From contig OY970212.1 of NCBI GenBank assembly GCA_963713925.1, forward strand, positions 544,001 to 608,000: DNA of 64,000 bases. Reading direction: 5' to 3'. Shown piece after piece: positions 38,127-48,318 of the stretch. Made by a program: the position numbers and the translations under genes. Source of the stretch: an uncultured bacterium. Lineage in GTDB: Bacteria > Babelota > Babeliae > Babelales > Vermiphilaceae. The notes beneath the pieces were generated by a model, which saw only the letters and a program-made list of their open reading frames with translations, did not search any database and was not told the origin of the DNA. The stretch's first letter is position 1. Every line of letters begins with the position of its first letter.

Positions 38127-38271
38127 GGCTTCACCTATAAAGGGTTACGCCTGGCGCAGCCAGTTTATAAGGTAGAACAATAAATATTGACAGCACGAAT
38201 GTGAAGCCTGTCCGGCGTAGTTTAATAGTTCCTGAGGTTTTTACTTCGGAGTAAGAACGAAGCCTGGACTA
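38124..38271 (+). repeat. Structured repeat family B fused to the tRNA-Leu CCA
   Basis: caggcttcac...gtgaagcctg stem; colinear with 25210-25358. Confidence 0.75.
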
Positions 38272-38345
38272 GATCATTTAACCTTATGAATGAGCCTTTC
38301 GTTTTAAATTGCAAAGTTCTGATTTTTTGAGAGTAGGGAGCCGTT

Positions 38346-39878
38346 ATGAGTCTTGCTATGCGTCGTATATTATCATCATCTTTTTTTATCTGGGTTCTTG
38401 CACTCGCAGGAATACTTTTCTTTTTATATCCGTTGAGAAAATCGCTTCGATTTGGGATAGACCTTGTCGGCGGTAGTTATATTATGCTGCAGGCGGATAT
38501 TAAGAAAGCGGTTGAAGCAGATTTAACGAGTCGCTTGACTTCATTAGAATCGATTCTTGGTGATGGTTTTTCTAAAGAAAATGCATCTGTTGTTGGTCAA
38601 ACGCTTGAAATAACCGCACATGACAGTGCGCAAGCTCGTGAATTTGCCGATAGACTTTCCGGTATGTGGAAAGATATGTCGGTGACTGTTGAAGGGTCTT
38701 TGGTTAAAGCAAAATTCACTGATGCAGCCGTCAATGCGATCAGAAAAGATGCGGTTGATAGAAATATTGAAGTACTTCGCTCTCGCCTTGACCAATTAGG
38801 CGCGTCTGAAATTACAATTGCTCCTCATGGTGAGAATAATATTATTATTGAATTGCCCGACGTGAAAGATCCGCAACAAGCAAAAGCGATGATCGGTAAA
38901 GCCGCCGTTTTGGAATTTAGGCTTGTTACCGGGCATGCATACGCTTCAAAGGAAGATGCTATGTATGATTTTGGTGGTGATCTTCCTTCAAATCTTGAAA
39001 TACTTCCCGGACAAGATGGCAGATTCTATGTTGTTTCTCGATATGCGGAAGTGGGCGGGACTTTATTGAAAGATGCGCGCCCCGGTGTTGATCAATATGG
39101 GAAGAGCGTTGTTAACTTCCAATTTAACTCGCAAGGCTCAAATCTCTTTTACGAACTAACCAGTAAGAATATTGGTCGACAATTGGCAGTAGTGCTTGAT
39201 GGAGTTGTTATCACTGCTCCGAAGATCAATAGTGCTATTAGTGACTCGGGGCAAATCACCGGTTCTGGTTCAGTAAAAGAGTCAAAAGAATTGGCGCTTC
39301 TGCTTCGCTCCGGCTCATTTGTTGCTCCCGTTACCTTTGAACAAGAAAGCGCTATCGGGCCATCGTTGGGCGAACAAGCAGTAAAAAATGGATTGCTCGC
39401 ATGTGCAATTGCACTCGGCTTGCTCTTTGTATTTAGCATTTCTTATTACAAAATTCCGGGCTTGTTTGCATTTATCGCGCTTGCCTTTAACATGATTCTC
39501 ATTTTGTTTGGATTGTCTCAATTAGGCGCAACCTTAACCTTGCCGGGCATTGCGGGTATTGTCTTGACTTTGGGTATGGCAATCGACGCATCGATCTTGA
39601 TTTACGAACGAATTAAGGAAGAGCTTGCGGCAGGAAACCCATTGCCAAAAGCAGTTGATTCAGGCTTTTCAAACGCAATGACGGTGATTTTAGATGCAAA
39701 TATTACCACCTTTATCGTAGCGGCAGTTCTATACTGGTTCGGAACCGGACCTGTGCAAGGATTTGCAGTTACTATGATGCTTGGTATCGTATCGACATTA
39801 ATCACTGGTTTGTTCTTCTTAAGATCGATTTTTAGCTTTGCTATCAATAATTTTGCTGTTAAAAATTTGAAATTTTAG
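38346..39878 (+). CDS. secD: Protein translocase subunit SecD
   Basis: GIDLVGG, IGPSLG, TLTLPGIAG, IYERIKEE, ILDANITT, GPVQGFA. Confidence 0.96.
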   Translation: MSLAMRRILSSSFFIWVLALAGILFFLYPLRKSLRFGIDLVGGSYIMLQADIKKAVEADLTSRLTSLESILGDGFSKENASVVGQTLEITAHDSAQAREFADRLSGMWKDMSVTVEGSLVKAKFTDAAVNAIRKDAVDRNIEVLRSRLDQLGASEITIAPHGENNIIIELPDVKDPQQAKAMIGKAAVLEFRLVTGHAYASKEDAMYDFGGDLPSNLEILPGQDGRFYVVSRYAEVGGTLLKDARPGVDQYGKSVVNFQFNSQGSNLFYELTSKNIGRQLAVVLDGVVITAPKINSAISDSGQITGSGSVKESKELALLLRSGSFVAPVTFEQESAIGPSLGEQAVKNGLLACAIALGLLFVFSISYYKIPGLFAFIALAFNMILILFGLSQLGATLTLPGIAGIVLTLGMAIDASILIYERIKEELAAGNPLPKAVDSGFSNAMTVILDANITTFIVAAVLYWFGTGPVQGFAVTMMLGIVSTLITGLFFLRSIFSFAINNFAVKNLKF

Positions 39879-39903
39879 TATATTAAAATAGATATTTTTT
39901 CGT

Positions 39904-39980
39904 GGCGACGTAGCTCAGGTGGTTAGAGCGGCGGAATCATAATCCGTAGGTCCGGGGTTCAAGTCCCTGCGTCGCCACCA
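39904..39980 (+). tRNA. tRNA-Met(CAT), elongator type
   Basis: GGCGACG/CGTCGCC stem, ATCATAA loop region, GTTCAAGTCC, CCA. Confidence 0.92.
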
Positions 39981-40136
39981 GTCTACGCCTTAAGATGGCT
40001 GGCGCTGGAGTGTAGCGAAGGCTACGCCTGGCACGGCCAGACTCGCAAATGAGGTATTTATAGCTACGCCCGTGTGCGGCGAAGCTCTTTAGAGTGAAGA
40101 CGTGCTGGCAGCGGCCATTTTTTTTAAGGTGAAATC

Positions 40137-40298
40137 ATGATAGATAAATATGGTCTGGGTTTGTTTGAATTCATCTTTGGCCTCATCATTGTTGTAGGTT
40201 TTTACTACATTATTTATCGAGTATTGATATATATCGTTAAGAAAGGCGTCAAAGAAGCCTTAGCTGAGCCATGCGAATCTTGCAAAAAGATAAAATAG
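40137..40298 (+). CDS. Small membrane protein (53 aa) with C-terminal CxxC
   Basis: RBS aaggtg; MIDKYGLGLFEFIFGLIIVVGFYYIIYRVLIYIVKKGVKEALAEPCESCKKIK*; not listed in the ORF track. Confidence 0.6.
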   Translation: MIDKYGLGLFEFIFGLIIVVGFYYIIYRVLIYIVKKGVKEALAEPCESCKKIK

Positions 40299-40365
40299 AG
40301 GCTTAAGAGATCTGCTCTGTTTGCTACTGAAGATTTAGTTTTTTCTCTTCATGTGAGATTGTTTT

Positions 40366-40992
40366 ATGATCGCTACTCTCAATTCCATTTCCATACCTCT
40401 CCGTTTAACATTCGCCCGACTTTTCGGCGGTTTGTTGATTATGCCGGTGCTTATCTATCTTTTATTGCCGTATAATCATTTCGTTTTAAATTGCCTTGTT
40501 GGAGCCATTTTTTTTGGCTTCGTTTTCACCGATCTGTTGGATGGATTTTTTGCACGAAGGAATAATCAGGTCAGTGCGTTTGGTGCTTTTTTAGATCCGA
40601 TCGCAGATAAATGTTTAATAATAACAACATCATTAACATTGTTATCGATCAATAAGATGGCTCCCTTTTTTGTCGGAGTCGTTGTCTTGCGCGAATTGAT
40701 TGTTATGTCGTTTCGCCAGCTCGCGCTTGAGCATAACCAACAGTTAACGGTATCTTTTGTTGGCAAATGTAAAATGTTTATGCAATCGATATATATTCTT
40801 TTCTTAATTATAACTCCTTACTATGATGCATGGTATGAAGAGGTGCCTCTTTACTTTCGAGTCCATTATGTGCTCTTATTTGCAACGGTAGGGGTTACGC
40901 TTTTGAGTGGGTTATTATATATTCACCGGTTCTTCAACATGACTTCACTTCTCCGGTTGCATGATTGGAATAATGATGCAGATCGGTATTAA
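40366..40992 (+). CDS. pgsA: CDP-diacylglycerol--glycerol-3-phosphate 3-phosphatidyltransferase
   Basis: TDLLDGFFARR...GAFLDPIADK CDP-alcohol phosphotransferase motif. Confidence 0.88.
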   Translation: MIATLNSISIPLRLTFARLFGGLLIMPVLIYLLLPYNHFVLNCLVGAIFFGFVFTDLLDGFFARRNNQVSAFGAFLDPIADKCLIITTSLTLLSINKMAPFFVGVVVLRELIVMSFRQLALEHNQQLTVSFVGKCKMFMQSIYILFLIITPYYDAWYEEVPLYFRVHYVLLFATVGVTLLSGLLYIHRFFNMTSLLRLHDWNNDADRY

Positions 40993-41575
40993 CAGTATTA
41001 TTTTCATATGCGCATATCTTATTGGTTCGATTCCTATCGGGTATCTTTTTGCAAAAAGCAGGGGAATCAAAGATATCCGTGAACATGGCTCCGGTTCGAT
41101 TGGAGCGACCAATGTTGCCCGAAATCTGGGAACTCGCTATTTCTTTCTTATCTTTTTTTGTGATGCGCTCAAATCATTTTTTTCTATCGCGCTCATAGCT
41201 TGTCTTTCATCCGAGTTTGTGACATTGTTTGGCGCATCATTGTTTCTTTTGCTTGGAAATGTGTTTCCCATTTTTTTAGGATTTAAAGGTGGCAAAGGTG
41301 TCGCAACTTCTGCGGGCATTATGGCTTTTTTTAATGGCCCGATCTTTTTGTGCGCTGCATGTGGTTGGGCACTATTGCTTGCCTATTTTAGACGAGTTGG
41401 GTTTGCATCAGTGCTTGTGAACGTCGGGGTTGCGAGTGTGTCATTCATTTGGTTGTTGTATGGCGGCCCGCGCTATTTATTTATTTTTATGGTAGCTGCG
41501 CTCCTGAGTTTATTGCTCCATAAACGACATATCAGTGATTTGTATATCCATTATTTTGGAGGACGAGTAGTATGA
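40973..41575 (+). CDS. plsY: Glycerol-3-phosphate acyltransferase PlsY
   Basis: YLIGSIP, GSGSIGATNVAR, FKGGKGVAT. Confidence 0.92.
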   Translation: MMQIGINSIIFICAYLIGSIPIGYLFAKSRGIKDIREHGSGSIGATNVARNLGTRYFFLIFFCDALKSFFSIALIACLSSEFVTLFGASLFLLLGNVFPIFLGFKGGKGVATSAGIMAFFNGPIFLCAACGWALLLAYFRRVGFASVLVNVGVASVSFIWLLYGGPRYLFIFMVAALLSLLLHKRHISDLYIHYFGGRVV

Positions 41576-43323
41576 AATTTGCGCGCGTTGCCGATGTATT
41601 TGCAAAAGTGGAATCTGAGTCCGGTCGAACATTAATAACGGGCTATCTGGCAGAACTTTTTCAAGAGGCGTTTCCAGAGGAAATTGGCCATATTATCAAT
41701 TTTTGTTTAGGGCAATTGAATCCTCCCTATATTGGAACTCAATTTAACATTGCAGAAAAAAATATTATGAAAGCGATTTCGCTTTTGACCGGCATTCCCG
41801 AGACTGAGCTGACAATACAACTCAAATCAGTTGGAGATCTAGGCTCAGTTGTTGAGCAACAGAAATGGAAGCAAGAGACAAGCCTTTCAGTCACAGAGGT
41901 CTATGATGCCCTGTTTCAATTGGAATCATTAAAAGGGACCGGCTCGCAAGAAGATAAAGTGCATGCGCTTGAGCGGTTGCTCAGACGGTTAGATCCCCAA
42001 TCGGCCAAGTATGTGGTGCGCATTATTTTGTCAAAGTTACGGCTTGGTGTTTCAGATATGACGCTCATTGATGCGCTTTCTTGGATGCTGGTCGGGAACA
42101 AAACCTATAAGGCAACCATCGAGGATGCGTATAATATTTGTGTTGACCTTGGCTTGATCGCTACAAAAATAAAGCATAAGGGCGTTGAGTCACTTGCTGA
42201 TATGCATATACAATTGGGTATTCCGATTCGTCCGGCAGCGGCAGAAAGAATGCAAAATTCAGAAGAAATTTTCCAGAAATTGGGGTTTTGTGTTGCCGAG
42301 CCAAAGATTGATGGTTTTCGGTTGCAAATTCATGTTGATAGGACACAAAGTAAGCCACAGATTCGTTTTTTCTCTCGCAATTTAATTGATATGTCGCACA
42401 TGTTTCCCGATTTAACGGAAGCGGCTGCACAGTTGCCGGTTTCGAATGCTATTTTGGAAGGCGAGGCAATAGTTTATGACCCGAACACGGGAACCTATCT
42501 TCCGTTCCAAGAAACAGTCAAGCGTAAACGCAAACACGGCGTTGAGGAAGCGGCTGAAGAAATGCCATTGCGGGTGTTCTTGTTTAATATTTTGTATTTA
42601 GATGGAGAGAATCTTCTTGATAAAACTCAGGAAGAAAGAAGAATTTTGCTGGAAAACATTTTCGTAGGTTTTTCAAACCCGGCATTGAGTGTGATTCAAG
42701 AATACAAAATGAACTCGGCTGCTGATATTGAGCGCTATTTTAATGATGCTATTGAACATGGGCTTGAAGGTATCATGGTCAAACGGACTGACTCGATCTA
42801 TCAGCCGGGAAAACGAAATTTTAATTGGATCAAATATAAACGATCAAGCGCCGGCCATTTGCAAGACACCGTAGATGCGGTTATTTTGGGCTACTATGCC
42901 GGAGAAGGGAAACGTTCATCATTTGGCATTGGGGCGTTTTTAGTGGGCATCCTCAATGAAAAACATGACCAATTTGAAACGGTTGCCAAAATTGGAACCG
43001 GTTTGAGCGATGTTCAATGGAAAGAGCTGAAAGAAAAATGTGATGCGCAGAAAGCTGAACATCAGCCAAATAATGTGATTGTAGCAAAAGAATTGGCGCC
43101 CGATGTGTGGACATATCCAGAAATTGTGTGTGTCATTAAAGCCGACGAGATTACGCGTTCGCCATTGCACACGGCAGGTAAAACAACTGAGCACCCGGGG
43201 CTTGCGCTACGGTTTCCGCGCTTTTTACATTACCGAGATGATAAGAATGCATCAGATGCAACGACAGTCAAAGAATTACAACGAATGTTTGCAGTTCAAT
43301 TGTCACAAATGAATAAAGAGTAA
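41572..43323 (+). CDS. ATP-dependent DNA ligase (full-length DBD + NTase + OB type)
   Basis: EPKIDGFR (KxDG), EGIMVK, WIKYK, LALRFPRF...RDDK. Confidence 0.93.
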   Translation: MKFARVADVFAKVESESGRTLITGYLAELFQEAFPEEIGHIINFCLGQLNPPYIGTQFNIAEKNIMKAISLLTGIPETELTIQLKSVGDLGSVVEQQKWKQETSLSVTEVYDALFQLESLKGTGSQEDKVHALERLLRRLDPQSAKYVVRIILSKLRLGVSDMTLIDALSWMLVGNKTYKATIEDAYNICVDLGLIATKIKHKGVESLADMHIQLGIPIRPAAAERMQNSEEIFQKLGFCVAEPKIDGFRLQIHVDRTQSKPQIRFFSRNLIDMSHMFPDLTEAAAQLPVSNAILEGEAIVYDPNTGTYLPFQETVKRKRKHGVEEAAEEMPLRVFLFNILYLDGENLLDKTQEERRILLENIFVGFSNPALSVIQEYKMNSAADIERYFNDAIEHGLEGIMVKRTDSIYQPGKRNFNWIKYKRSSAGHLQDTVDAVILGYYAGEGKRSSFGIGAFLVGILNEKHDQFETVAKIGTGLSDVQWKELKEKCDAQKAEHQPNNVIVAKELAPDVWTYPEIVCVIKADEITRSPLHTAGKTTEHPGLALRFPRFLHYRDDKNASDATTVKELQRMFAVQLSQMNKE

Positions 43324-43363
43324 AAAAGACTGGAAACAAAGAGCAAATTGGATGATATTGAAC

Positions 43364-43416
43364 ATAATAAAAAAGATATGGGCAGAAAATTTTTTCTGCC
43401 CATATCTTTTTTATTA
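43364..43416. terminator. Bidirectional terminator
   Basis: ataataaaaaagatatgggcagaaaa / ttttctgcccatatctttttta long perfect hairpin between convergent genes. Confidence 0.85.
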
Positions 43417-43432
43417 TTTTTTGAAAAACCGT

Positions 43433-44002
43433 TTAGTTTACTGTTGGACTTACGGGTACGTTTACTGTTACAGGATTGGTTTTTTTAGGAAGATTACATC
43501 TTTCAGCCGCTTGTTTCAATAATAGGGCTGCTGCATATCGTAGCGTATAATCTTTCAAAGTATCCGCAATATAATTCAAGGTAGCATCTTTTTTGATGAA
43601 GGCAGGTCTTTCAATTCCTGTTGCTTTCGAAACCTTGTTTATTCCTTCATTGGCAATTTGAACCAATTTTTCACGAGCGAGTACTGTACCTACAGCTATT
43701 ACAGTGTCTTTTGCCGCCTTTTTTGCATCTTTGTTAATATTGTATTGTAGTGTTCCCTTTATAGCATCAGTCACAATAGTATCAGTAACGGCTTGAACAA
43801 TATCTCCCTGACCAACCAATGTAATACCCTTATAAGTCAAGCGTGCTTTTGGAGCGTATTGGTTTGCAAGAAGGGTAAGTGCTTCTTTTCCTAATACTTT
43901 GCACCCGGTTTTTTCAGGAAAATCTGAAAATGAAAGTTTACTTCCCGCAAGCGCAACTGATGAGCTAATTAACGCAAGAGACAACATATACTTCTTCATC
44001 AT
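43433..44002 (-). CDS. Secreted hypothetical protein
   Basis: Signal peptide MMKKYMLSLALISSSVALA. Confidence 0.7.
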   Translation of the reverse strand: MMKKYMLSLALISSSVALAGSKLSFSDFPEKTGCKVLGKEALTLLANQYAPKARLTYKGITLVGQGDIVQAVTDTIVTDAIKGTLQYNINKDAKKAAKDTVIAVGTVLAREKLVQIANEGINKVSKATGIERPAFIKKDATLNYIADTLKDYTLRYAAALLLKQAAERCNLPKKTNPVTVNVPVSPTVN

Positions 44003-44097
44003 AAGGATATACCTTCCGTATAAGATGATTGTGTTAAAATCTGCACCTACTCTAGTACGAGATTAAATCTTTGTAAAGCTTTGGAATCAATGAAGGA

Positions 44098-44724
44098 TCA
44101 ATATTTTGAGACAAGTTCTTGATAAAAGGCAGCTTCTTCTTTTGGATTATCTGCTTGTGTGATTGCTCTGCCAATAACAATTCCATCCGGTTTGAGCGTC
44201 AGCATTTGTTCAATTGTTTCACGTTTGATTTTTGCCGAAACAAACACGGGTACTGAAGCATTTCCTTTGACAAGTTCCCATTTATCAAAAGCAAGTGTTG
44301 CATCTTGCTCTTCGGATGGTTGATGAAAGAGAAGTGCGTGAGCACCTAAATTTTTCGCCTCAAGAGCTGATTGTGCCGGAGAGCTTGAATCAACAAGATC
44401 AAGCATAATTTTTTTATTTAAGTTGCCGGCGGTATTACAGGCAGAGTGGATCACATGTTTGTTGGTTCCTGCCATGACGGTGATCCAATCAGCACCTGCT
44501 TGTGCAAAGCCGGTAACTGCATCTTTGCCTCGATCGACAATTTTTGCATCAGCCATAATAACAGCTCGAGGAAGGAGCTCTCTGAATTTTTCAATAGCAG
44601 TAAGACCATGTGTGTAAATTAATAAAGTGCCGACCTCAAGTACATCCGCGTGGGCCTCAATCTGTTTTGCGATATCAAGCGCTTGATTCAGATTGGTCAT
44701 ATCAAATGATACTTGAAGTTTCAT
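44098..44724 (-). CDS. 3-hexulose-6-phosphate synthase / OMP decarboxylase superfamily protein
   Basis: MKLQVSFD, EVGTLLI, ADAKIVD, GADWITV, IGRAIT. Confidence 0.82.
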   Translation of the reverse strand: MKLQVSFDMTNLNQALDIAKQIEAHADVLEVGTLLIYTHGLTAIEKFRELLPRAVIMADAKIVDRGKDAVTGFAQAGADWITVMAGTNKHVIHSACNTAGNLNKKIMLDLVDSSSPAQSALEAKNLGAHALLFHQPSEEQDATLAFDKWELVKGNASVPVFVSAKIKRETIEQMLTLKPDGIVIGRAITQADNPKEEAAFYQELVSKY

Positions 44725-44919
44725 TGCATGATTCCTTCATTAAAAGGTCTTTTGTTATGTATATCCAAGCAACGTTTTTTTGCATCTGCTTGGGGATTTT
44801 TGTAATCCAACCGTCCAAGTATATCCAATAATAACGGGAAATGGAAACCGATTCAAAAACCACGCTCAAACACAGCGAAAAAGTATAGAACCCAACTGTG
44901 GTTTTTTAGCGGGATTTTT

Positions 44920-45789
44920 TTATTTGCTTGGATATACTCGAATTCCCAAATATTTTTTCGGTTCAACTTTATATTTTTTCGACAAGCTATCAAAAAATTG
45001 ACTGATATTAATCAGATACAATGCACGAGCTAGCCGATTGGTATTTTTTTTCACATACAATGTGGGCAGCAACAGATTATTATCATTTCCCGCCAAACTT
45101 GCTCCCAATGGTACAAATATATTTTCAGGAAAAGCAAAAATAACAATAGCTTGAATCGGTATAACATTATCTTTCGGCAGCGACACTTCTTCAAGATTCC
45201 AATACCATGATTTTTCATTCGGACCATGCACTTTTTCTGCCTTGATCATGCGCGCCGGAGTATTTTCTTCTATCTCCCAATGATGGATCGTATTTCCCAG
45301 CATAATAATAGGACTTATTTTAGGAGTAATGAGCAGATAAACCATGTTGCTTGTTTGTTGCCGTGGAAATGTAACGCGGCCGTTATAATCGGTGGCTGCC
45401 ACATATCCGGCATATGAAGCGTTTATTCCATTTACTATGTTGAGTGTTTGTAAATGCCTGAGTTTATTTTTCAACATTCTTTTCGGGTCATTGAGTTCGG
45501 CAATGGCTTCTTGCGAATTGACTTCACCCAAGCTCGCTGTGTTCGTTTGGGGGCCGTTTATACCCAAACTCGCGGTGCTTCCGCCTTCGCCGAGGCTATG
45601 GCCAGACGAGCCACTTTTGGACCCGTTTATACCCAAGCTCGCGGTGCTCACTTGGGGCCCGGATGGCTTCGATTTTAGAATGATTTCCGGATATTGTCTA
45701 AAATTGAGCGATACGACGGTGGGCGAAATTTGTATGAAAAAAAGACACGCATATGTCAGAAAAAGCCATTTCATTTGAAACTGTTTCAT
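44920..45789 (-). CDS. Secreted hypothetical protein with TASLG repeats
   Basis: Signal-like N-terminus; STASLGING twice plus NTASLGEVN. Confidence 0.7.
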   Translation of the reverse strand: MKQFQMKWLFLTYACLFFIQISPTVVSLNFRQYPEIILKSKPSGPQVSTASLGINGSKSGSSGHSLGEGGSTASLGINGPQTNTASLGEVNSQEAIAELNDPKRMLKNKLRHLQTLNIVNGINASYAGYVAATDYNGRVTFPRQQTSNMVYLLITPKISPIIMLGNTIHHWEIEENTPARMIKAEKVHGPNEKSWYWNLEEVSLPKDNVIPIQAIVIFAFPENIFVPLGASLAGNDNNLLLPTLYVKKNTNRLARALYLINISQFFDSLSKKYKVEPKKYLGIRVYPSK

Positions 45790-45900
45790 GGAATGCTGAC
45801 CCTGTATCTATAATTTTTAAAATCGGTATACTAACGCAGGATTATAATCCAGATATAACAGACAAAACGGTAAAGATGCTATGGTTTTTTCAAGGATTTC

Positions 45901-46551
45901 ATGAAAAACACGCAAGATACAAAAAAAATCGATCAAGCATGGAATCAGTTAGCGCATGATTTTCATTTAAGTGACGTACAACTGCAGCAATGTCAAAAAT
46001 ATAGTGATTTGCTTGGAGAGTGGAATAAGCAATATGATTTAACGGCAGTGATTGATCCGTATCAGATTATAGTGAACCATTTTCGCGATTCTTTAATGGG
46101 CGCTCATTATATCGATCAGTATAAGCCGCATATGATGGTTGATGTCGGCTCAGGCGCTGGTTTTCCGGGCGTTCCACTTAAAATTAAATATCCTGAGATG
46201 TCAGTTGTTTTGATTGAAGTTTCCGGCAAAAGAATTAGCTTCTTGAGAGAAGTAATTGAAACGTTGCAGTTGCAATCGATTGAACTATACACGTTGGATT
46301 GGAGAACTTTTTTAAGAAAAACAGAGTATCAAGCGGATCTTTTTGTTGCCCGAGCTTCGCTTGATCCGGTTGAGCTTTTGCGCATGTTTAAACCAAGCAG
46401 TCCGTATACTCGGGCTCGTTTGATCTATTGGGCATCCCGTTTGTGGGAATCTGATGAGCAGACAAAACCGGCAATTGTTGATGAATTTTCTTATAAATTG
46501 GGCGATAAGCAGAGAAAGCTGGTCGTTTTTGAAAATCCCAAGGATGCCTAG
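45901..46551 (+). CDS. rsmG: 16S rRNA m7G methyltransferase RsmG
   Basis: WNKQYDLTAV, HFRDS, DVGSGAGFPGVPL. Confidence 0.9.
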   Translation: MKNTQDTKKIDQAWNQLAHDFHLSDVQLQQCQKYSDLLGEWNKQYDLTAVIDPYQIIVNHFRDSLMGAHYIDQYKPHMMVDVGSGAGFPGVPLKIKYPEMSVVLIEVSGKRISFLREVIETLQLQSIELYTLDWRTFLRKTEYQADLFVARASLDPVELLRMFKPSSPYTRARLIYWASRLWESDEQTKPAIVDEFSYKLGDKQRKLVVFENPKDA

Positions 46552-46568
46552 GGTCGCATTTTGGATAT

Positions 46569-46771
46569 GTTCGAATGGATTCGATTCCACTACGTTTTTA
46601 CCATGCTTTACGCATGGCACGTAGTTTCGCTCACCACGCACGGAGGTCGGGTTTGTCATCAATTCATTCACGGTAAACGTAGCGCATCATTTTCGTTTTC
46701 ACCCAAGTTTACGCACGAGGGTCTTTTCGTTCGTGGTGAGCGGAGTGCAACGAGTCGAATCCATTCGAACG
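46569..46771. repeat. Inverted doublet of family C repeats
   Basis: gttcgaatggattcga...cgctcaccacg pairs with cgtggtgagcg...tcgaatccattcgaac. Confidence 0.75.
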
Positions 46772-46910
46772 AGAAAACGAGCAGTTGATTGAATGTCGAG
46801 ATCTATACTAGTTTTCATTAACAACGTCTAATTGTTGCGTAACATATTGAAATTTATATGCTTGGGTGTGAAGTTTGGCATAGATTTTGAGCATGCGTAA
46901 GGAATAAGCG

Positions 46911-48311
46911 ATGAAAAAAGGATTATTTGCCAGTTATGTAACGGGGGTGACAGACAAAGTATATGGCGAAAGCAGTATAACGCTTTTACGATACTTTTTT
47001 CCTGAGCTGATTACCTCTTTTATTTTGTATTTGTTTCCGCTGTTGTTAGATCTCTATTTTATCGGGCATTTAAAATCGACGCCCGCATATGTTGCCCTCA
47101 GCACGACGAACAACATGATCCATTTTGCCATTAAAATCGCGGAAGCCTTTTCCGTCGGAACCGTTATTTTGGCCGGACAATTGAATGGTGCACTTTCATA
47201 CAAAGGCGTGGGGAAGGCAACGCGTGATTCATTTTGGGTCACCACTTTGCTAGGCATTTTGGGCTCTTGCATGTTGTATTTTGGGGCACCAATGGTCTAC
47301 CGGTGGTATGGCGTTCATGAATCGGTTGCTGTTTTTGGCGTACCCTTTTTGCGCATCCGAGCGCTGGGCGTTTTATGCATGTTTATGTTCTTTGCGCTTG
47401 TCGGCTTTATGCGTGCAATAAAAAATAGTTATGCTCCCATGATCGCATTTGCCGCCGGGGCAATCACGTTTGTGATCTGTGATTATATATTCATTTTTGG
47501 CAAATTAGGTTTTAGCCCGCTTGGATTACAAGGATCGGCGTGGGCTTCAGTCGTTCAATATTTTGTCATGTTTTCTTTATTAATTGTGTGGATGTTTTTT
47601 GACCCGCGATGTCGCAAATATTCGGTCGATCTTTTTGCTGCATGGACGGAGCCGACCTATATGGTTCATTTCTTGAAAGTTTCTTGGCCGATTGTGCTTG
47701 ATAAGGCGACGCTTGCCGGAGCATACTTATGGCTCAATAAAATGATTACTCCCATGGGGCTTCAGGCATTGGCTACTTTCAGCGCCATCAAAGATATTGA
47801 GCGATGCGCCTTTTTGCCGGCGGTTGCGTGTGCTCAAATTATTACTTTTTTAGTGAGTAATGATATGGGTAATAACAATGCGTTGGGGATAAAGCCAAAT
47901 ATTAAGCGTATTATTTTAATGGCGACCTTTTTTGTTTTTACCATGTTGGCATTGTTGTATTGGCAGCTGGAGTCGGTGTTGGTTTTATTTGATAAATCGA
48001 AGGAATTTACTCCTTTTGTGGTGCGTGTTTTCCCGATTTTGAGTGTACTTGTATTTTTTGATTTGGTACAATTGATCCTATCGGCCGCATTGCGTGGCTC
48101 GGGAAATGTTAAATTGGTGATGATTGTTAGGTTGCTGGTCTGTCTCTTTTATTTTGTACCAATGTCCTATCTTATATCATATCTACCAATTCAAGATGAA
48201 ACGATAAAATTTATTCTTGTGTATGGTTCGTTTTATATCGGCAATGCTCTCATGAGCGTTATCTATGTAAATTGGTTTCGAAGCGACGCATGGAAAAACT
48301 CTGCTTTGTAG
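46911..48311 (+). CDS. MATE-family efflux transporter
   Basis: About 12 TM segments; DLYFIGHL, DYIFIFGKLGFSPLGLQGSAWAS, ALRGSG. Confidence 0.88.
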   Translation: MKKGLFASYVTGVTDKVYGESSITLLRYFFPELITSFILYLFPLLLDLYFIGHLKSTPAYVALSTTNNMIHFAIKIAEAFSVGTVILAGQLNGALSYKGVGKATRDSFWVTTLLGILGSCMLYFGAPMVYRWYGVHESVAVFGVPFLRIRALGVLCMFMFFALVGFMRAIKNSYAPMIAFAAGAITFVICDYIFIFGKLGFSPLGLQGSAWASVVQYFVMFSLLIVWMFFDPRCRKYSVDLFAAWTEPTYMVHFLKVSWPIVLDKATLAGAYLWLNKMITPMGLQALATFSAIKDIERCAFLPAVACAQIITFLVSNDMGNNNALGIKPNIKRIILMATFFVFTMLALLYWQLESVLVLFDKSKEFTPFVVRVFPILSVLVFFDLVQLILSAALRGSGNVKLVMIVRLLVCLFYFVPMSYLISYLPIQDETIKFILVYGSFYIGNALMSVIYVNWFRSDAWKNSAL

Positions 48312-48318
48312 GAGCGTT

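Noticed and set aside
16974..46771. Dispersed palindromic repeats as CRISPR arrays
   Set aside because: No regularly spaced direct repeats with unique spacers and no cas genes.
46312..46788. ORFs 46312-46671, 46561-46788 and 33054-33245
   Set aside because: They run through family C repeats or antisense to rsmG; no coding signal.
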